Below, piece by piece: positions 45,546-59,624 of a stretch of DNA of 64,000 bases. The translations under genes were made by a program, and so were the position numbers. Numbering within the stretch: position 1 is the stretch's first letter; each line of letters starts with the position of its first letter. Below the pieces are notes generated by a model. It made no database searches and was not told the origin of the DNA. It saw only the letters and a program-made list of their open reading frames with translations. Origin of the DNA: the human T2T-CHM13v2.0 reference genome, Homo sapiens; the NCBI RefSeq assembly GCF_009914755.1, contig NC_060931.1; one strand, written 5' to 3'.

Positions 45546-46006
45546 TGTCTTAGACTGTTTTCACCTTGTATAGCAGAATACCTGAGACTGGGTAGTTTAC
45601 AAAGAACAGGGATTTATTTCTTACAGTTCTAGAGATTGTGAAGTTCAAGATCAAGGGGCTGGCATCTGTTGAAGGCCTTCTCTCTGTGTCATCTGGCAGA
45701 GAGCAGAAGGGCAAAAGAACACATACATGCCAGAGAAGAAGGGGGCTGAACTCAGTTTTTAAATCAGGATCCCAATCCTGAGATAACAAATTCCAAAGAG
45801 AAAAAGAAAAAAGGAGAGAGTGAGTGGAGAGGAAGGGAGGTAAAAAACTAAACAAAAACAAGTTCACTTCAATAATATTAATCCATTTATGAGGGCAGAG
45901 CCCTCATTACCTAATGACCTCTTTAAGATCTCATCTCTCAACACCATTGGATTGGAGATTAGGTTTCCAGTACATGAACTTTAGAGGACACATTCAAACC
46001 ACAGCA
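45546..46006 (-). mobile_element. MSTC/D-like MaLR solo LTR
   Basis: 'tgtcttagactg...gaatacctgagactgggtag...acattcaaaccacagca'; perfect TSD ccttc at 45541-45545 and 46007-46011; ~70-bp purine-rich insert at ~45795-45865. Confidence 0.88.
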
Positions 46007-46106
46007 CCTTCTGAATATGTACCTTGACCCCTGATTGCTTCCCCAAACTTCAGAGTTTTGTACCCACCTAGATGACCCACAGCCACCATCCATACACAGT
46101 GGTAGG

Positions 46107-46190
46107 GCAAGGAAAGGAAAGGAAAGGAAATGAAAGGAAAGGAAAGGAAAGATAAGAGAAGGAAGAAGAGAGGAGAGAGAAAAGAGAGAT
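46107..46190. repeat. (GGAAA)n / GA-rich tract
   Basis: Seen directly. Confidence 0.85.
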
Positions 46191-47405
46191 TGGCTGTTTT
46201 TATAGATTACTCCCCACCTTCCCTTCTGAGAATAGACTTCCAGAGAGTTTTCAGTATCTGTCAACAGCAGGGGCATGGGCCCCTTCCATCCAGAATTCTG
46301 GGAGGAGAATGCCATGTAGAGCCTGAAGACAGCATGGGGCAGCCTAGGTATAGTTTTGTTGTCTCATTTTTAGGCAGAAACAGAGGCTGGAGAAGATACC
46401 CCACTCTCCAATACCTCCAAGTCTGCATGAGGCAGAGAGAAGATACAAAAGTTCCATATCCTGGGGGTTGGGGCTGCCAAGGATTGAGTCAGGGGTTTGC
46501 CAGGAGTCACTGGGGTGGTTGGTGGAGAGTCATCTAGACCTGAGGGCTCCATGGCAGAGGAAGATCAATCCCAACTAGGAGGGCTGAGGTGAGGCAAGTC
46601 AAGGGCATGGTGGAGTGATGGGGTAGGGAAGGGGGATCAGGGATGGGGACAGATAGGACAACCACAGGGCTTTAACCATGTGTGCCAAGACAAGTGACCA
46701 GGAATCACTTTCCAGACCTTCAAAGAGTGCATGCAGTGAAGATGGGCCAACAAGCCTCCTCACCTGGGGTCAGTAGGAGCCCCGAGCAAGGACCAGGGAC
46801 CAAAGCCCCACAACCAATGATGTTCTAAAAACTACTCCCTTCTCAGACATCCCAAGAAGTGAGGGAAGGGACAAAATTTTGAGAAATGAGGACGGAGTTC
46901 AATCTTTGAAATGATAAAATAGTAAGCCAACTCTGACTGAATATTCATGAAAAGGAGCTCAATTTTATGCTGAAAGTAACTAAGCTAGCTGTAATTGGCA
47001 TAATTATTTTCACTGTCAAAAACGGGATCTCATAGAAATTGAGCTCAGTTTAGCATAATTAAGTAATATTTCTATAGTTTGGAGCTGTGACTCTGAAATT
47101 ATTAGCACCTACACAAAATTGACCCCAAGATTTCTTACCAAGAAATAAATTTTACAAAAGTTCTCCGTAACACCAAATTTTTATAACCTTGAGATATTTA
47201 ACACTGCTCTCTAGTCAGTTTTTTTTCACTTAGCCAAAAATTTTGAACATTTTCCTAAGTAACCAAATGTTCTTCCTCAATATAATTTTTAATAACAGAA
47301 TGGTAATTGATCATAGGGCTGTTTCATAAGTTAATTAACTTATCCTTTTTTTGTTTTAACTATACTTAGATTGTTTCCTATTTTCTGCTATATGAATAGC
47401 AATGA

Positions 47406-47750
<345 letters not shown>

Positions 47751-47768
47751 TCAGGGCTCTTAAGATAA

Positions 47769-48074
<306 letters not shown>

Positions 48075-48281
48075 AAGATAATTTATTTGGAGTAAGTTTC
48101 TTGAAGTGGAGTTTCTGGACCAAACAGTATACATATTTTTAAAGTTTTGATCCATGTGACCAAATTGGCCTTGACAGATGTTATGCTACTTAAAATTCCA
48201 ACTGAGTGCCTCTTTTCTTACCTCCTCAGCAACAATGGGTATTAGAGTGTTTAATTCTCTTTAAAAAAAAAAATCTTTTTG

Positions 48282-48579
48282 GGCTGGGCGCATTGGCTCA
48301 TGCCTGTAATCCCAGCACATTGACAGGCCTAGAGAGGTGGACCATTTGAGGTCAGGAGTTCGAGAACAGCCTGGCCAACATGGTGAAACCCTGCCTCTAC
48401 TAAAAATACAAAAAAGTTAGCTGGGCGTGGTGGCATGTGACTGTAATCCCAGTTGCTGGGGAGGCTGAGACAAGAGAATCGCTTGAACCTGAGAGGTGGA
48501 GGTTGCAGTGAGCACCACTGCACTCCCCTGGGTGACACAGCAAGACTCTGTCTCAAAAAGAAGAAAAGGGAAAAAAAGA
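48282..48579 (+). mobile_element. AluS
   Basis: TSD aaaaatctttttg at 48269-48281 and 48580-48592. Confidence 0.93.
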
Positions 48580-48610
48580 AAAAATCTTTTTGATTAAAAA
48601 TCATCTTGTT

Positions 48611-48756
48611 GGCTGGGCATGGTGGCTCATTCCTATAATCCCAGCACTTTGGGTGGTTGAGGCAGGAGGATCACTTGAGCCAAAGAAGGCTGCAGTGAGC
48701 TGTGATTACACCATTGCATTCTAGCCTGGGTGACAGAGTGAGACCCTGCCTCAAAA
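48611..48756 (+). mobile_element. Alu monomer (FAM/FRAM-like)
   Basis: TSD aaaaatcatctt at 48596-48607 and 48757-48768. Confidence 0.85.
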
Positions 48757-49670
48757 AAAAATCATCTTCTTTTAGTTTGTAATGATATGACTATAGTGAA
48801 ATGAGACACTTCTTATTGATGGGTAAATCTCTCTCTCTACTAAGAATATCAATGCTTTGCTGCCAATATTTCTCCCAGCTTGGTATTTTAACAGGTATTG
48901 AGCTTCTCTGTGAACAAGGTAAAGTGACATGGAGGTATGAAAATGTCAGTGATGGCAAAAGCATTAGGGATGTGTGTATGTGCGTGTGTGTAACCAAATG
49001 ATTTATGTTTTGAAGAAGTGGTTAATGGACAATGTCCTGTTACCATTTTTTATTTTGTACAAAGTAAAAAAATTCCTTTTTACTCCTCAAAAGGTTAACC
49101 ATAGTTTAGAACAGGCAAATCCATAAAGGCAGAAAGTAGACTAGGGGTTGCTCAAAGTTGTGGGAAGGAGGGAATGGGGAGTGACTGCTAATGGGTACAG
49201 GGTTTCATTTTTGGCATGATGAAAATATTCTGGAATTAGACAGTGGTAATGATTGCACAACTTTGTGAACGTACTAGGAAACCACTAAATTATACACTTT
49301 AAAAGGGTGAATTTTATGGTCTGTGAATTATATCTCAATAAACCCAGTATTTTAAAAAGTCAATGTGCTTATTTTTCAGGTACCCAGATGATATTTCCCT
49401 TTGAATAAAAAGGACAAGATGTTTTAAATTATTTTCTCAAGGCAGGAAGAATAGACTCTAACCTTACTGATCCAATACTAATTCAAGGCAAATGGGCATA
49501 AAGTTTGTATTTGGGGTGCTGAAAATTTTCTGGAATGAGATGATGGTGATGGTTGTGTAGCCTTGTGACTATACAGAACCCCAGTAAAGTGTACACTTAA
49601 AAATGATGAATTTTATGGTATATGAATGGTTAAATCTCAACTTTTAAAAAGTGAAATAAAAAGTTAGGTA

Positions 49671-49821
49671 CAGATGCTCCTTGGCTTATGATGAGGTTAT
49701 GTCCCAATAAACCCATCAAAAGTTGAAAATATCCTGTGAAAAATGCATATAATACCCCAATAAACCCATTGTAAAGTCAAAAATTATTAAGTCAAGCCAT
49801 CATTAAGTTGGGGGCTGTCTG
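49671..49821. mobile_element. Tigger-derived MITE (MER47/Tigger5-like)
   Basis: TA|cagatgctcc...gctgtctg|TA; TIRs and internal repeat cccaataaacccat x2. Confidence 0.8.
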
Positions 49822-50282
49822 TATATGTACATAAAAATTTGTATACATGAATGTTCATAGCAGCATTATTTATAATAGCCTCCAGACAACCCAATGTCTA
49901 TCAACTGATGAAAGAACAAGGTATGAGATACTCATACAGTGGAAAATTACTAGGCAGTAAAAAGGAATGAAATACCAATACATGCTACAACAAGGATGAA
50001 CCTTGAAAACATTATGCTTAGAGAAAGAAAATATAATGGCCCAAAAGACTACGTTATATGACACCATTTATGTGAAATGTCCAGAATAGTCAAATTTGTA
50101 GAGATAGAAAGTAAATTAAACAGCTTTATTGAGCTCTGGGTTGCTCTGGGTGAAGAGAAAAATGGGGAGTGACTACTATTTGGTAGGGGCTCCTTTTAGA
50201 GCTGATGAAAATGTTCTCAAGTTCAATAGTGATGAAAATTCACCTTGTAAATATAATAAAAACCACTGAATTGTCCACTTTA

Positions 50283-50580
50283 TTTATTTATTTATTTAGA
50301 CAGAGTCTTGCTCTGTTGCCCAGGCTGGAGTGCGGTGGTGCACTCAGCTCACTGCAACCTCCACCTCCCAGGTTCAAGCAATTCTCCTGCTTCAGCCCCA
50401 CTAGTGAGTGGCTGGAATTACAGGCATGTGCCACCATGCCCGGCTAATTTTTGTAGTTTTAGTAAAGACAAGGTATCCCCATGTTGGCCAGGTGGGTCTT
50501 GAACTCCTAACCTCAGGTGATCCACCTGCCTTGGCCTCTCAAAGTGCTGGGATTACAGGTGTGAGCCACTGCACCTGGGC
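50283..50580 (-). mobile_element. AluSx/Sz-like
   Basis: TSD aattgtccacttta at 50269-50282 and 50582-50595. Confidence 0.95.
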
Positions 50581-50760
50581 AAATTGTCCACTTTAAATGG
50601 GTGAATTATATGGTGTGTGAATTACTTCTCAATAAAGCTGTTTAAAAAGGAAAAAAAATTACTGACAAATAGTTACAAAATGTTGAGACAAAGGTTGAAG
50701 AGAGACAGATGGATGATAGAAGATGGCCTCTGCTAATACGATGTAAAAAAAGAAATCCTT

Positions 50761-51383
50761 GATCTTTGAGGAATCGCCACACTGTCTTCCACAATGATCT
50801 AGAACCAGAAATACCATTTGACCCTGCAATCTCATTACTGGGTATATATCCAAAGGAATATAAATCATTCTATTGTAAAGACACATGTGTGCCTATGTTC
50901 TCTGCAGCACTATGCACAATGACAAAGACATGGAATCAACCCAAATGCCCATCAATGATAGACTGTATAAAGAAAATATGGTACATATACACCATGGAAT
51001 ATTATGCAGCCATAAAAAGGAATGAGATAATGTCCTTTGGAGGGACACAGATGGAGCTGGAAGCCATTGTCCTCAGCAAACTAACACAGGAATAGAAAAC
51101 CAAACATTGCATGTTCCCACTTATAAGTGGGAGCTGAACAATGAGAACACATGGACACAGGGAGAGGAACAACACACACTGGGGCTTGTCAGTGGGGTGG
51201 CAGGACAGAGAGCATCAGGATCAATAGCTAATGCATGTGGGGCTTAATACCTAGGTCATGGGTTGATAGGTGCAGCAAACCACCATGGCACATGTTTACC
51301 TGTGTAACAAACCTGTACATCCTGCACATGTATCCCAGAACTTAAAATAAAATAAAATTTTATTTACAAAAAGAAAAAAAAAA
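50761..51383 (+). mobile_element. L1PA8-13-like 3' fragment with short 5' inversion
   Basis: ORF2 C-terminus ([12 protein letters not shown]...) and 3'UTR; inverted 36-bp piece at 50761-50796. Confidence 0.92.
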
Positions 51384-52007
51384 CCCTCTTTTTTCTTCCC
51401 AACCTTTTCTCAATTGTAGGCAGCATTTATCTATTTCTTGAATCTATAATGATTCCTTTAACACTTTTCTAGATCTTGAGTTATTTGTTCAAATTATTTG
51501 TCTCCTCTCCAAGACTCATTGTTCTATACTTGTACGCATTGCAAATACTATGCTCACTTGCAGAGTTTTTGAAATCGCATGCATTTGTTTGCTCAATATT
51601 ACGATGTATTATGTTACAATGAAGAGTTTAATGCCATCTTTAAATGCTTGCTTTTGCCTTGCACCCTTTTTTAAAATATAAAAGTGCTAGATTAAGCGTT
51701 CATGCCAGTTACCACAATTGTTGATTCTGCCAGAAGAGCATTTACCAGTAGGTTCTGGTTCTTGTTACCCAACTCCTTCCCTATGAAAATTATGTCTCCC
51801 TAGTAACTAGGTTGTTTTGGCCATTGTTTTGACTTTAACAGCCCTGGGAGTGGAATCTTGTCAAATGTTTTAAATCATAGCACTTCCAAATTCATTCAAC
51901 AAACATTTATTGAGTACCTACTATTGGCCAGATACTGTTTTGCTATTTTTTTTAATCAACATTAAAGAACTCCAGCTGGTTAATCGAGCATGATTTTTCT
52001 CTTACAG

Positions 52008-52116
52008 ATACCAGTAACAGCAATTCAAAGATGTGAATGGGATTAATTCAGGGCTGTTGCTCCTGACAGATAAGTCAGTCTACCTGTTGTTGAATGACAT
52101 GCAGAAAAGAAATTTG
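52008..52116 (+). other. Candidate internal non-coding exon
   Basis: Acceptor 'tttttctcttacag|' and donor 'TTG|gtaaga'; stops in all three frames. Confidence 0.3.
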
Positions 52117-52756
52117 GTAAGAAGAAAGTGATTTGAGTAAGTACTTTTTGAATTTGTAGAATATTTTTGTTTTTCAGCTTTTAAATAACATTTGATGTTA
52201 AATCCTTACAAGAACGTTGGGAGTCAGGCTGGGCAACACCTTCCCCATCATTCTTCTGTGGATGAGGACATGGAAGTCAGGGAGGTTAGCTGATGTGCTT
52301 GTTCAGAGGTGCACAGGAACCCAGAAAGTCCAACTCTTATTTCATCTTACCCTCTAGGTAAAACATCTAGGATCAAACAAGACTGATAATACAGTCTCCT
52401 AACCTTTTCCAAACTATTTTAATCAAACTTGATTCTAATGTGAAGTTGTCTTTAATAAGGAAAGAATCCCACTTAGCTATTTGCTCAGCGAGGTCTGGGA
52501 TTCTATCTAATCTCTATATGTCAGTGTATAATTTGAGCAAGGTTAAAAAGAAAACTAAACATTTCCTTAATATTTGGAGAGGGTGGAGTCAGTCTATTTG
52601 TCTGTAAGAAATAAAAAGGTAAAGCGTATCCCTGCTTTTGGTGAGGAAAGTTCAGAAACGACTGTGTTTTGTTTCTGAAAACTTTGGAATACTTATCTTT
52701 GGCTAAATATCAAATATAAAAAATCCATAAAAAATTATCCTATGATAATTTTTGCT

Positions 52757-53029
52757 GGCCGCCCATGATGGCTCATGCCTATAAAGGCAGGAGGATCACT
52801 TGAGGTCAGGAGTTCGAGATCAGCCTGGCCAATATGGTGAAATCCCATCTCTGCTAAAAATACAAAAATTAGCTGGACGTGGTGGCATGATCCTGTAATC
52901 CCAGATATTTGGGAAGGTGAGGCAAGAGAATCGATTGAACCCAGGAGGCAAAGGTTGCAGTGAGCTGTGATTGTGTCACCACATTCCAGCCTGGGCGACA
53001 GAGCAATACTGTCTCAAAAAAAAAAAAAA
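52757..53029 (+). mobile_element. AluS with left-arm deletion
   Basis: TSD gataatttttg at 52744-52754 and 53032-53042. Confidence 0.92.
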
Positions 53030-53101
53030 TCGATAATTTTTGTAAAATTATACATAGTAAAAATAAATGGATCAGATTTTCCATCTGTTGCAAAAATTTT
53101 A

Positions 53102-53420
<319 letters not shown>

Positions 53421-53584
53421 AATTAATTAAAATATATATATTGCCCAAATGTGTATAAATGCTGTATATGGAGTCATTTTCACAATAATTTCTCATTTTT
53501 ATTGAGTACTAATTGTTTTCCAAGAACTGTTAGAAGTTGTTTGTAAGTATTAACTTATTTAATCTCACACACTGTGAAGTGAGC

Positions 53585-53590
<6 letters not shown>

Positions 53591-53615
<25 letters not shown>

Positions 53616-53687
53616 TAACATAACATAACATAACATAACATAACATAACATAATGTGGCATGACATGGTATGATGTGACATAACATA
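53591..53687. repeat. (TAACA)12 pentanucleotide microsatellite plus degenerate units
   Basis: Perfect units at 53591-53650. Confidence 0.97.
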
Positions 53688-53714
53688 CCTCCATCTTATA
53701 GATGAGGAAACTGA

Positions 53715-54028
<314 letters not shown>

Positions 54029-54134
54029 GAGAATTAGTTTCTTGACCAAAGTGTCTTTTAAGGAATAAGGGCAAGATTTGAACCCATGCGCTCAAGCACT
54101 ATCCTCTGCTATCTTATTTAGGTTAATGCTCTTG

Positions 54135-54774
<640 letters not shown>

Positions 54775-55485
54775 TGTTCTTAGTTCAGATACCAGCAGCT
54801 TTCCCCATATTTATCAAATGCAAGCAGTGAGTTCACCAACACTAGGGCCTTGGGCAAAGTTTGAAGTCTTTCTTTAACACCTTTCCATTTCCCTGTACAT
54901 ATCTGTCATCCCCTTCTTTTGTCTCTGTCCACCATTTTCCCTCCTCTCATGGGCTGTGGCTCTGGTGTCTGGGGCTCCTAAGTCCTATCATGGAACTCCA
55001 TCCAGGGCAGCCCTCCCGTTTAACTGACCTTTTCCTTCTTTTTTCCGAATCTAAACTGCCTCCACTGTGCCACAGCTATTATGAGATAAGCTCAGTCATA
55101 TTTTATGTCTAAATAGAAACCTGTTGATTAGGCCAGAGCACAAAATCTGGCCAGGATTTCAGGGTGAATGAGAACAGTGACTTCTAAGGTAGCTTGCCTT
55201 TTGCCTGATTCCAACCCAGCAAGCAATGCAGGGAATAGACAAGACATCAAGAATGCAAAGGAGTGGCCATGGCTATCCATTACCTTACCAGTTCCCTATG
55301 TAGTGAAATTCAATGGAACTTCCTAACTGCAGTGAAACAATGCTAGGTCAGAAGAGCCCGAAATGTGGTTCACTGCCTTTGGTATGCACGGTAGGGAAAG
55401 GGGGCACATCACAACCTGTTAGGGAATGCCTGCTTCTCCACAGTTACTTAATACTATGTTCTTATGTTCTTAGTTTTTGGGTCTA

Positions 55486-55826
55486 CAGAGGAATTTACCA
55501 TAAAGCTAATAACATTTAAGCTTCAGGACTCCTCATTTCCCCAGGCCTCTGTGAGTGGTGGGAGTTGCTTGGAGTTGTAAAGTATTCCACGTGAGGAGGG
55601 GAAGCCAGCATGCAATTAGAAAACAGAATTGTATAGGCATTTCTGTTAAATTTCCTAGAGACCTCAGAAGAAAGAGACTAACTGATTTCTTTTCTCAATC
55701 TGAATTAATAATCAGTTTCATGCCTAATTGATATTTGTGGTTTAATTAATTTATGTATTTATTTATTTTGAAGTGGCTCATAACTGCATATGCACCAGGC
55801 CCCACTCCTGAGGTCTACCTGCCCCT
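55486..55826. mobile_element. hAT-Tip100 family relic (Zaphod/MER115-like)
   Basis: 'cagaggaatttaccataaagctaataacatttaagcttcagg' resembles a recalled terminus. Confidence 0.45.
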
Positions 55827-56022
55827 TATTATCCTAGCTGGATTACAAAAGAATAGAATTTGTTGGAAATTGATGTGGGGGCTAGCAGCTGGTGCTGCAT
55901 ATTCTGTTTGCCCCTCCAGACCTACTCTTCGCTCTTCTCTCCCTAGTCTGTAGCCCAGGTGGCTACTCTCTGTGGATGCTTCCCTGGCTCCCTTGCCATC
56001 AGGTTGTGGTCCATCAGTGAGA

Positions 56023-56064
56023 TCTGTATTTTTAGTAGAGACAGGGTTTCACCATATTGGCCAG
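56023..56064 (-). mobile_element. Isolated 42-bp Alu-internal fragment
   Basis: tctgtatttttagtagagacagggtttcaccatattggccag; no tail and no Alu flanks. Confidence 0.9.
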
Positions 56065-56127
56065 ATCATCTGCAGGGGATGGGAGGACTGGAGGAGAGTG
56101 TTGATTTCTCTGACAATGGGTTGGCAG

Positions 56128-57260
56128 CAGGGTGGGCCTCATGGGTGTGCAAACTATGGAGTCAATAGAACCCCATTCTTAAGAAGGGCCCTGTGCTTGG
56201 TTTAATGCTTTTCTGTCACGGTCTTAAATTCTTCATTTTATATTTTTAAAAAAATTTCAACTGTTATTTTAGATTCAGGGGGTACAGGTACAGGTTCATT
56301 ATAAGGGTATATTGTGTGATGCTGAGGTATGTCATTTTATCTTTGAATGTGTGTTTTGTAAGTGAAATCAAAGGGAAAGTGGAGCATATATGTGAACAGA
56401 GGGGTTACATGAAATATATGTGTCTGCAATTTCCAGTTGCTCCGTTTGAATATAGTATTTACGGTGTCCCCACGATCATAGAATGCCTATGTACCCATGC
56501 ACTACATAAGGAATTCAGGGAGACTCAAAGCAAGTACAAGGTCCAGCTGATAAAGCCCCGAGATGTCATGCTTTCTATTTCAACCACAACTTGCTTAAAA
56601 TTCAGAAAAAAGGCAATGAAATTTGAGAAACACATACAACCAAGGAGCCTCATCATATCGTTTCTTACTCATGTTACTTCTCTGTTACTTCCTAACCACT
56701 TACACTAAAAATGATGTCATAGAAGGAAAGGGGAAGATAGGGCAAGCCATAGTTCCTTTTCCTTTCAGTCCTTCCTTCCTCATCCGTAAGCTGAAAGTAG
56801 AGTGTTGGAATACTGTATGAGTATAAGAAAGTGAAATGAAACAGTCGAGTTAGTTTTGTGCACTATTTCCACTGTTTCACTAGGAACAAAATATGTATAT
56901 ATGTACAAACTATGAAATGTAAGTGTATAATTTTCATGATTCTGCATGATAGTTAAATGCCCTTATAATGGCATTTAAAATTGGCATTGCACAAGATAAA
57001 TGGTAGAATTCAGGCTAATAATTTAAAGTTTTAATGTTTTCTTTTTTCTTTTTTTTGTTTTATATTTTTTCACCAGCAGTTTCAATGTTCTCTTTATTTA
57101 GAATAGTGTTAGATACAAAATTTTAGAAACATGACAAGTTGAGGAAAGAAAAAGAGACGGCAGAAGGAAAGCAAAACTTTATACTTTAGTACCTTTACCA
57201 CACTTTTTTCTTGCTTTTTTCAACTTGCACTGGGCTGCTCAAATTATATAGTGGGCTTTG
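56128..57260. mobile_element. MER45-type hAT-Tip100 DNA transposon
   Basis: 5' 'cagggtgggcctcatgggtgtgcaa...agggccctgtgcttggtttaatgct'; 3' 'ttgcactgggc...aaattatatagtgggctttg'; degenerate 8-bp TSD gttggcag/gttaatag. Confidence 0.7.
56245..56331 (-). mobile_element. L1PA15/16-like 3' tip nested in MER45
   Basis: 'ttttagattcagggggtaca...tgatgctgagg'; TSD tcattttat at 56233-56241 and 56332-56340. Confidence 0.8.
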
Positions 57261-58322
57261 GTTAATAGTGACTCTTTCTTCCACCGAAGTCCACAATTCC
57301 TGATGGGTGGCCATGTCCTGCAGCTACAGGTCTCCCTGGGCTCCAGGAGTTGCCCCCTTTTCCTTTGTTCTTCAAGCCTACTCCTGGTAGCACTCCGTAC
57401 TGTGGGTAGCACTCCTGAGGGTAGGTGGGGTGTGCGGGGGCGTCACCAGAGAAGGGAAGTAGATTTCACCTTCCCTTGTTATTTTCCTTTAACCTCTGTC
57501 CACATCTGTGTAAGTTATTCTTTCATTAGTCTCTCTTTTACACTGCTCTGTTTGTTTGTGTATATTTTATTATGGACAATTTCAAACATAAATAGTTAAT
57601 AGTATAACAGACGTCCACGTACCCAGTATCTAGCTTCAACAATAATTTTTTCACCCCTTTGGAGTGTGTCATTTGCTTCCTGCTGGGATCTTGGCTGATA
57701 GAAGGCCTGCTTATGCATTTTGACTATTCATCATACCCCTGTCCTCAACAGGGACCAGCAACTTGACAGCTTGTTTCTAAAAAGAAATTAATGAACATTG
57801 ACCTACAGATTAAAATGGCGGAAGTAGCCTTAAACATATTCCCTGCCTGTTCAGTGAAGCTTGGTTCCCTAACTTCCTCCTGGGCATCCAAGCTCATCTG
57901 AAACTATGTTTTGTTTTGTATGCAAAGCTACAAAAAGAGGGCATGCTTTGTACCCTCTAAAGTAAGTGACTCACATTAATTAACAGCATTTATTCCCACC
58001 AATTGATAAATGCTTTATCTTTTCACTTGTAGGAGAAAAGGAAACATGTAGGAAGAATTATTTTCTTTGTGAGGAGGTCCTCTTTGTGAGAGGACTGATT
58101 ACATGGTCATAGATCAGCAGCATATTTGTCTTCCTCAATTTCATGAACATAATTTTGTCATTAATGAGATTTGCTAGTAAAGCAGAAATGTCATGTCTAC
58201 AAGGATAGATTCACTCTTAGTATGAGACCCTCGCCACTTGTCTCATCAAAAATAATCATTTCGGGTTTAGTTTTTTTACTAGTAGACATAATAAAAGTAA
58301 TATATTACTATTCCATAAATAG

Positions 58323-58722
<400 letters not shown>

Positions 58723-58729
58723 AGAACTA

Positions 58730-59100
58730 ATATTTATTGAATGCCTTCTTTGTGTTATAAATATTTATTGTCAATTTAATCCTCACAGTAATCCTAGGAG
58801 GTAGATGTTATTATTCCTGCATTATAGAGGAGGAAGGTGAAGCTCAAGGAGGTTAAATTGCTCCAAAGTCTACAGCTACATGATAATTACAAAAGCCACT
58901 ATTTATGTTTTGCAGAGCTTGACCCTATGCAAAGCACTTTAGATCCATTAGGAAATTTTACCCTCCGTTGTAAATCACATTATGTCCATAATACAGATTA
59001 GGTGAGTGAAGCATCTTGTCCAGGGGCACATAGATATTAACTGGCAGTGTCAGAATTCTGAGTCAATTTTGTCTGACTCAAATCCTTGCTATTCTCACTC
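58730..59100 (-). mobile_element. Two MIR fragments
   Basis: 'atttaatcctcacagtaatcctaggaggtag...gaggttaaattgctccaaagtc'; 'tgtctgactcaaa'. Confidence 0.7.
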
Positions 59101-59624
59101 CCCTCTGCTGGTTCCCAAGGGAGATGGGTACAATTTCTGTTACAATTTCTTTTTCCATCTTGAACTTCTCTTCCCTTTTGCCAATGTTCATTCAATCATT
59201 CTGATCTTTCTCTTTGATAAAGGGCACAAAATCAAATGTGAGTAGACAGCTCCTTTGTCACCATATTGCATTGCATAGTCAATCTCAACAGTGGGTCTGT
59301 TCTTTCTTTGATCGTTTTCTTGTCTAATGTTTAATTTTCTCTGTTCATTGTCTCCAGATATTTTCACACATGCAGTCCTAAAATATCTTAAAAAGTAATA
59401 TATTTTAAAATTGATGCATAAAATTTATCATTTTAATTTTACATTAAAATTTTATAATATAAAATTTTTTATATACAACTCTTTTACCAAGAGTTGTATA
59501 TACTTACATATATATAATTTCTGATATAACTAATGACATCTAAAAAATAAATATCACATTATTCGTTGATATCTATACGGTGAGATCTAAATAGTATAGC
59601 AATTTGGTGCCTTATCCTACTTTC

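Larger units (their letters stand above)
49110..50650 (+). mobile_element. Three consecutive L1MB/ME-type 3'-end fragments
   Basis: Repeated terminal motif 'gaattttatggt...tgaatt...tctcaa' at ~49310, ~49610 and ~50600. Confidence 0.75.
55870..57720. mobile_element. LTR33-like ERVL LTR, fragmented by nested insertions
   Basis: 'ggctcccttgccatc...ggaggactggaggagag' to the left of MER45; 'gtgtcatttgcttcctgctgggatcttggctgata' to the right. Confidence 0.5.

Noticed and set aside
46130-47080. 135-aa ORF and a possible Gypsy-type LTR relic
   Set aside because: The ORF starts in a GA-rich microsatellite; the repeat family could not be assigned with confidence
56316-56708. 130-aa ORF as a possible hAT transposase
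   Set aside because: It lies in non-autonomous MER45-like sequence with no transposase motifs
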